Shown piece after piece: positions 11,297 through 35,850 of a DNA stretch of 35,850 nt. Every line of letters begins with the position of its first letter. The first letter of the stretch is position 1. The notes below the pieces were generated by a model. The model did not search any database. It was given only the letters and a program-made list of their open reading frames with translations, and was not told the DNA's origin. Origin of the DNA: Catajapyx aquilonaris (taxonomy: Eukaryota); the NCBI GenBank assembly GCA_000934665.2, contig KZ539039.1, positions 1 through 35,850 on the forward strand, written 5' to 3'. The translations under genes and the position numbers were made by a program.

Positions 11297-11736
11297 TTGA
11301 TCCACAATTGTTGTTTGGAACACTTTTTTTATTGATCCACAATTGTTTCTTGGAACACTTTTTTATTGATCCACAATTGTTTTTTGGAACACTTTTTTTG
11401 ATTGATCCACAATTGTTTTTTGGAACACTTTTTTTTATTGATCCACAATTGTTTTTTGGAACACTTTTTTGATTGATCCACAATTGTTTTTTGGAACACT
11501 TTTTTTATTGATCCACAATTGTTTTTTGGAACACTTTTTTGATTGATCCACAATTGTTGTTTGGAACACTTTTTTGATTGATCCACAATTGTTTCTTGGA
11601 ACACTTTTTTTTGATTGATCCACAATTGTTTTTGGAACACTTTTTTTGATTGATTTTTGATCGATCCACAATTGTTTTTTGGAACACTTTTTTTTTGATT
11701 GATTTAGGATTGATCCAAATTGGTTTTTTGGAACTC
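11297..11736. repeat. Minisatellite, unit about 35 bp (TTGATCCACAATTGTTTTTTGGAACACTTTTTT(G)A), about 12 visible copies, truncated by the gap
   Basis: Unit starts at 11297, 11332, 11366, 11402, 11438, 11473, 11508, 11543, 11578, 11615, 11661 and a degenerate copy at 11710. Head-to-tail with no unique spacers. Confidence 0.97.
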
Positions 11737-11960
11737 TTTCTCTCTCTGTTCTAAGCAGCTATTATTGTTCATGTAACAGCTATGCTGCATGTTCTGTCCT
11801 GGTTGTTCAAAGATGGCCGCCCTTTTTTTTCTTCTTCTTCTGTACATGTTGTGAGTCATCACATGCGATGGTCTATGCGAGTTATGCAGCATACGTCTGA
11901 AGCAGCAGCCACGGTCTGAACTCGTGTCTCTTTGGCTGCGGCCAGTGGAACTGAAGGAGG

Positions 11961-15761
<3,801 letters not shown>

Positions 15762-16097
15762 ATCAAGTCTGGGAACAAACGGTCGTAATTATGACAATAT
15801 AGTAGCGCAGGCGCTCATAACAACTAAAGACTCCCCAAGCTGGTCAGTATTAATCTCGTCGCTAAGTGTTCATTGGATGTAACATATAGACCAGTCTCAA
15901 CGCCAAGGGAATTTGGGGGTTTAATAATAAAGGATTTACTTTGTAGATAGGGAAGGGTCACAATTTTCTGACCAATAAATGACATGTTGTAATTAATGTT
16001 GGAAAAAAAATGTCTTTTAATTATCCATGGGATGAGGGCAAACAATACACGGTATGATTCAAATAATTTATTGCTGTTGAGCCAATTGACCAGATGA

Positions 16098-18095
16098 TCA
16101 TGCAACAAGTAGTGGTAAATCACGAGTTTGATGCATTCGCCTTAATCGGTGAATGTATAACAATATGGCTGCCACGACGGCTGCGAGGCATCCCAATACA
16201 ATGTAATTGGATGGGAGTAAAGTCATGTGCCTCACGGATCTCTGCTGACCACCCAGCCGAAGCGTCGATTGCTCCACAGCTCGCAATGGGAAGAATCGTG
16301 TGCGGTACAGCAGTGCTCCCAGCGTCCAGTGAACAACCGCTGAACCTGCACCAGTCTCGAGTGAATTGGGACTTGCAATTAACCTAGTAAAATCTTGAGG
16401 GATCCCAAACCCTCGATGGACCACAGCTGCAAGCCACGCAGACTTGAAGCACTGAAATCGCATCCTGTGGCCGTCAGCCATTGGGTATCGCCCCTCACGG
16501 TGCTCCCTAGCTCTTGTAATCCAATCAACCGCTGAGCAGAATCGCCTGGAAGCCTTACGTAGGGAAGGGAAGGAGTAAGTCCCTCCGATGTGAAGAACAT
16601 CTTCCAAGGAATACCAGAACTCTGAAAAGCCGTAGAAGTTGGTGTGACGGAGCGGGAGAGGTGCAAGGAGTGGAGGCGGATCGGAAGAATTGGCTGACTC
16701 CGGAGCAAGCAGGGTTTCCAGGCGGGAAAGGCAGATGTCCCAGTCGCCTGAGCCTAAGAGGTGTGCGGGCTTTCCAGTTCCAGCCAGGTCTTCCTTCAAG
16801 CCTCGAGGCAAGCATGGGTCAATCACAGTTCCATCCGAACTCCTGATGGAACAAAACATGGACGTAACATTTACTGAAACAGCAACATGGCAGCACTTAC
16901 TTGAGTCCATCATGGTAGCGACGTATGGCCTCATTAGCACCGAGCCCGAGAAAGGTGTCGACGTACACTCTGTAGGTGTGGCCTGCATCGTGATCCTGGC
17001 ACCCCAAATTTATCTCCATAATTTTGGCGTCCCTTTGGTGGCGGGAGGTGACCTCGAAGGCCACCTGCAACGAGGCTCCGCCCATGTCCATTGCACCGAC
17101 TGTTGGCCTGCGGTACACCAGACCAGGCATGCCAGCTTCAGGCGCAGCACCGTCACCTTCCTGCACATCAACCGCAACCAGGGAAGTGTTTGCGGATGGG
17201 TTCTGCGTAGGGTCATCCACATCCTGGAACCTCCCAAGGACAAAGTTGACTGCAATCCACTGGTACAGGCCCTCCTGGCGACCTGATATGACCTCCGCAT
17301 GGTCTGACGGAAACAGGAAGCCAAACTTGCGAGGAAGCTCTACACGCAGGTTTGTCAGTAGCGCATCTTGCTGGCTACAAATATTAAATTATAAATTATT
17401 TTATATATCAGCAGCTGAATAGTGCATTTGAATATGTCGTACACAGAAGATGTTATTGTTAGGACTCAACTGTGTATAAACCACACTTTGCTTGTGCACC
17501 TGTGCTATTGTGCAATTTCAATTTTTTAAAAGCAGAGCACACATGTTACATGCAATGTGGAAAAGTACGACCATCTGCTGTGTTGCAACACATACGGATT
17601 GCAATAATAAATGTAAAAGCACCCTAATTACCTCTGATCAAGCAGCCTCATCCCCGCGGTGGCCAAGATGTAGAGCGGGGTCTCCCTGTGCTTCGGGGCA
17701 GGGACGTGCCCAGCGGCAAACTCCAGCAGGGGTGCCACGTTCCTTGCGGCATCCCAAGGCCTGGATGCAAAGCTGGAGATGCCTGGACTGACCTTGCTGA
17801 CCAAGGGCTGCCCCCTTCCGTCCAGCACCGGCCGTATGCGCAGGAGCTGCTGGGGCGACCCCGAGTGAGGAGGCCACTCGTACAGGTAGACCCTGCTCCC
17901 GCTGCTTCCAGCGTCGATGACCACCGCATAGTGCGACGAGGAGGGAAGGTCCGATGCTGCATCAGACAGCAGGAGGTTGTAGTACCTGAAGGTGACCAGG
18001 GCCAACGTGATCAGCAGGAGGGTGACGGTCAGGAGGGAGCACCGGGACCAGCAGGCCACCGGCGAGGAGAGGATCAGCAGGAGGCGGCGGGACAT
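16098..18095 (-). CDS. GDA1/CD39-family nucleoside triphosphate diphosphohydrolase, ENTPD4/7-like, 3 exons, about 560 aa
   Basis: Exons 18095-17632, 17374-16901, 16842-16098; total 1683 nt. All five apyrase conserved regions are present: DAGSSGSR, LATAGMRLL, SGRQEGLYQW, DMGGASLQ, WTLGALL. NLGC, GFSEFWY and CFKSAW are typical of the ENTPD4/7 clade. TM helices near both termini. Confidence 0.92.
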
Positions 18096-18180
18096 CAGGC
18101 CGCGCCCGGGGTCAAAGGGCACGGCCGCCTCTGGGCAGACAGCTGCAGCGGACCACAGGAGAAGGAAGTGCCACACAGAA

Positions 18181-18342
18181 CGCCGCCATCTTGGGAAAAG
18201 GAACAAGACGTGGAGACATCTGGCGGACCAATCACAAAACGTAATATATTAGCCACAGCTGCAAAACCGCGTAGCTGTTATAACCGGACAAGGGCAAAGA
18301 TGGCCGCTCACTGAGGGATTCGAACGGGTTTTTTTTTTGCAG
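18181..18342. promoter_or_regulatory. Putative short bidirectional promoter (NTPDase / APC13) and non-coding APC13 exon 1
   Basis: Outward-facing YY1-like motifs: CGCCGCCATCTT at 18181-18192 (-) and AAGATGGCCG at about 18297-18306 (+). CCAAT near 18228. Donor CAG|GTAATG at 18343 could pair with the acceptor AG at 19751-19752. Confidence 0.5.
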
Positions 18343-18895
18343 GTAATGTTTGCGGTTTTTGGGGGGTTTAATGGTCGAATTACAAGTGTCCAGTGCTGTA
18401 GACAATTGCGGGCAAATTGCGAAGAAATCTACAACGGAATTTTAAAAATGTTTATCATGGCTTGCAGATTGAGTCAAATTTTCTGTGCATTTTATAAATG
18501 CAAAAGGATTATTAAAACCATTTCATATTGATTGAATTGAAATTTTTTTTTAAATCGTAGCGCACTGTGGTCTAAATAGACATCACATTTATTTAAATTT
18601 ATAAACGACACCAAAGCAATTCCAGAAAAAAAAAAGCAGCAAGCCATAATCATTCCGTGGTAATTTCTTGTAATTAATTTTAATACTGGCTTCGGGTGGC
18701 CCATCAGGTTCATTATTAAAATTAATAAGAGCAAAAACATTCCCTTCAGTGAAAAAAAAGAGAAGACCTCCGTGGCGGAATGAAACAAGGCAGGCGCACG
18801 TAAGACCTTCACCAATTGATTTAAGCTGTACCATAGGTCTTACTCAAGCAATTTCCAATTTACTGTTCATGAAGTCTCCTTACCGAAAACAATTT

Positions 18896-19012
18896 GTGGA
18901 ATTTTCGTCGTACTGGTTTACTTATTCTAACTTAGCAGTACCATTGCAGCCTGCAATGGTACTGCTAAGTTAGCAGTAACTGTAGTTACTAGTAGTACAA
19001 CGAAAATTCCAC
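18896..19012. repeat. Inverted repeat/fold-back with a perfect 23-bp palindromic core
   Basis: CTAACTTAGCAGTACCATTGCAG-C-CTGCAATGGTACTGCTAAGTTAG at 18927-18973. Outer arms 18896-18914 and 18994-19012 match at 18 of 19 positions. Confidence 0.9.
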
Positions 19013-19756
19013 CCATTAATTTTCGATGAGCCACTCCATATAGTGGTAAGTGTTTTCTGAAATGAGGAACATCAATAAGCACATTAATTCCTATACGATT
19101 GGTGTGAATTATTGCCATGAAACATTCATGCAGAATCGTCATCTCTTCTAGATGCTGATTTTAACTATGATGTTTAATTTTTCACAATGTAAACGTAAAT
19201 TGGTGAATTTTATAGGGTGTTTTTCGAGCGAATTATGCATTTTCTGGAGCGAAAATTTCCAAGTCTGTGAGGATGAGTTTAGTTTTTTTTTCCAATTTTT
19301 TTCTTATCAAAATAAAAAAACTCTTCGCAATACCAGCTATACCGCCATCGCCTAGGTTGTCACTTACACGTACTCTGAAGACAAGGACAAGATATTTTAC
19401 AAATAATAACAGCTGCAATGATATATCATATCATACTAACACGTGTATGCTCTACACTACAGTCTGCGCTATGAATGTATTGGAGACGATTTTCGTCGCT
19501 TAGAAGTCCCTAAAATGATTTTCGCAGAGATAGTCGTTAAAAAAAACGAAATTCAAGTGCTACCGGCCAACTGTTAGTCTTATTTAATTATGAAATAGCA
19601 TATACGTTAAAATATACGGAATATCAACATTGAAAACCTTACCAGACGAATTTGCTGAAATCGTGGTACTTTGCAAGAATTAAATTGATACACATCTGCG
19701 GCTTTTCTCCTGTCAAAATGTTATCATCTGCAGATTTTTTCGTCCCCAACAGAGCC

Positions 19757-20023
19757 ATGGACTCGGAGGTGACTCTGGATGGCCGCATGGTCCTCGATGT
19801 GGTTGATGACAAGTGGCGAGAGGAGGAACTGCCTGACGATGACATCAGCGTCCCAGCCTCTGAGCTTCCAGACCAGGAGGCAGACGGAGGCAACTCACAA
19901 ATCAGTCTGAAGGAGCAGGAGCAGAAGTGGACCGACTTAGATTTGGGAAGTCTCCTCGAGACCAGCCAATCTGGATTCACCCTGAATCAGTCTCAAGTCA
20001 CACCTACTGCCACACCCAACTGA
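19757..20023 (+). CDS. ANAPC13: Anaphase-promoting complex subunit 13, single coding exon, 88 aa
   Basis: MDSEVTLDGRMVLDVVDDKWREEELPDDDISVP...LKEQEQKWTDLDL matches the APC13 pattern. Acceptor CAACAG lies 4 nt before GCCATGG; AATAAA at 20217-20222. Confidence 0.93.
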   Translation: MDSEVTLDGRMVLDVVDDKWREEELPDDDISVPASELPDQEADGGNSQISLKEQEQKWTDLDLGSLLETSQSGFTLNQSQVTPTATPN

Positions 20024-20626
20024 CATAATTATTATGTTTGCATTCAATTCTTTCCAACTGATTGATCTGTAATTCCCAACGTGTTTGTACCTAAGCAAAA
20101 TGAAAACAACAGGTGTTTTTAAATTTTACTTTCATTACAAGAGTTTTATTTCAAATGTTTGGAAGATCCATGGCCCTACAGCTTGCCAACTAAATCTGAT
20201 CTAAACGACTTCCTACAATAAAGTCTACATGAGGGTAGTAGACCAAAAAAAAAAAGTTACAAAAAAACAGAAGATAAAACAAAAACAAAAAAAAATTATA
20301 AATTCATGATGTTTCCAAAGATTACATGAATGCAATTAGGCAAGACAAAAACAAAGTTTTGTCTTCTCGAAGTTATTTTTTGTTCACTTTTTCTCCATAA
20401 ATCCCCTTTTTCGCCATAACTCTTAAAAAGATTATCTTCCGTGTGTCGACACAGTTTAGTCGGTAGCTTCATATCTTGGTGGTGTTCATTTCTCATACAC
20501 TCATATCCACATATATTCCACCCAACCTTTTTTTTAAATTCTATCATATTTTTTTCCTCATTTCCACTTTTTTTTCTTCTTTCTTCTGAGCGGTGCCACC
20601 AAGATCACCCAAATCATAAAAGTCGA

Positions 20627-20663
20627 TAGAGAGAGAGAGAGATTGAAAGAGACGGAGAGAGAG
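20627..20663. repeat. Interrupted (GA)n microsatellite in the probable CtBP 3' UTR
   Basis: AGAGAGAGAGAGAGA...GAGAGAGAGA visible directly. Confidence 0.7.
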
Positions 20664-21991
20664 ATTAGAAAGGGAGTGTTTTCCATGGGTAACTTTCTTC
20701 ACTCCCTGTTCATAATTTTTTTTTCGTGCCTTCCTTTAGTATTAAGTCAGGGAAGTGTATGGGATTGTAGGGAAGGGGTTTAGAAAAAAGAAAATTGGTA
20801 TTTGTGAATATTTTTCAAAATAATAATAAGAAAACAAAAAAAAAGGATCGGGGCGGACAGACGAAACAAGTCCTTCCCGAAAACTGTGTTCCTTTCTCTT
20901 CCACTTTGCAAGTTGGGACAGCTCCTCTTCGTCTCAATAGTTCTTTCTCCAGCTCATAGATCATAGGATAGTTGGGTGGGGAGTAGGGGATGATAGTTGT
21001 GGGGGGGGAGCGAATTAAAGAGAGGGATATGGGTATTGCCCGTCACTAAAAAAGTCCTCATTTTTTTTTTTTGGATATGTTTCTCCCTCCGCCACTTGTT
21101 CACAATCCCCCCAAACTTTTTGCATGTATCTTCCTCCACCCAAACTTCGAAAAACTTATACCCCCTCCCCCACAATTGCCCAACGGGGAAAAAAAACACA
21201 AAAAAACAACGAAATGTCATTGTCAGTTTTGTAAAACTACGTCATCTCCACACATCTAAGTCACCACACTTTCATTCATACTGATTTTTTGTTGTTGTGT
21301 GCTTTCCTTCTTGCTCCTTGTTCATACGCGACCAGTGTTGTCTTCCCCGGCGAAAAATCCAAACCAGTTGCGAGTCCTCCATATAATAAAAATAGATTAT
21401 TTTCCGGATAAATGGTGGAACTTCAGGAGTGTTTCCAGTGTTAATGTGATGGGGGGGAGGGGAGGTAATAAAAACCACACAAAACAAGGTGTGTGATATG
21501 AGGCCAAGAATTGTTATGTCCTTGGGTGTGTGAGTCTATACGTAGTGTGGGGGGGCAGGGGGCTTGAGGAGAAGGGTCTGAACAGAGAGACATGGATATT
21601 ATATTAGTACAGGGGGAGGTGGGGTTTGGGGGGGTTGACAACGTTTGTACTCGTCTCTAAGTCCATCAAACTGGACGAAGAAGTTGAGGTATAGACCCGG
21701 ATGATTTGTAATAATAATAACAAAAAATCCAACAATTCACACCCATGGGGCCTATGTCCATATTTTGTGACCCACCAAGTTAAGAAAAGCGTGACTGGTG
21801 GGAGGAAGGGGTTAACTGTGTTGTGTGGAGGCAGCTTCTTGCGTTAACAAAAAAGAGGAAAGAAACAAAGAAATCCAGGGGTGAGAGATCCGTTGCTCCC
21901 TCCCAGTCATTGCCGGTTCCAACATTGTCGCTATCCTTTCTCCGCCGGTCTTTGTTACATACAAATCTTGTATATGCGCAATCCTCTTGTC

Positions 21992-35850
<13,859 letters not shown>

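Noticed and set aside
10916..11687. Repetitive ORFs (KKSVPKNNCGS, FQKTIVDQ) across the gap and repeat
   Set aside because: Products of N runs and the repeat; variable T-tract lengths shift the frame between units.
11297..11736. CRISPR-like array (about 35-bp repeats with internal dyad symmetry)
   Set aside because: Units are contiguous with no unique spacers, there are no cas genes, and the context is intron-containing eukaryotic DNA. It is a minisatellite.
16843..16900. Apparent frameshift in the NTPDase between ORFs 16897-17220 and 16098-16988
   Set aside because: Resolved by a 58-nt GTAAGT...CAG intron in the correct phase.

Overview
Eukaryotic genomic DNA, most likely arthropod (short GT-AG introns, CtBP ending in SEVH), with one N gap at 11154-11296. 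It is a compact housekeeping cluster of seven spliced genes rebuilt by hand: two tandem 11-exon ABCF3/GCN20 paralogues (-), COPS7/CSN7 (+), LETM1 (+), an ENTPD4/7-type NTPDase (-), APC13 (+) and CtBP (-). It also holds a 35-bp minisatellite, a Tc1/mariner-like MITE and several intronic fold-backs. The strongest signal is the ABCF3 pair. Both copies are intact with matching exon sizes and are mostly well diverged, yet exon 7 and part of exon 9 are nearly identical (gene-conversion-like). The linker exon between those tracts is diverged, and in one copy its conserved RYNA tip is replaced by RAHP. Other points: a 48-nt CtBP terminal exon missed by the ORF track, a TAATG stop-start uORF on COPS7, and recurring MAA-type uORFs in YY1-like motifs. 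No prokaryotic system or CRISPR array is supported. All coordinates and counts were made by eye, without database searches.
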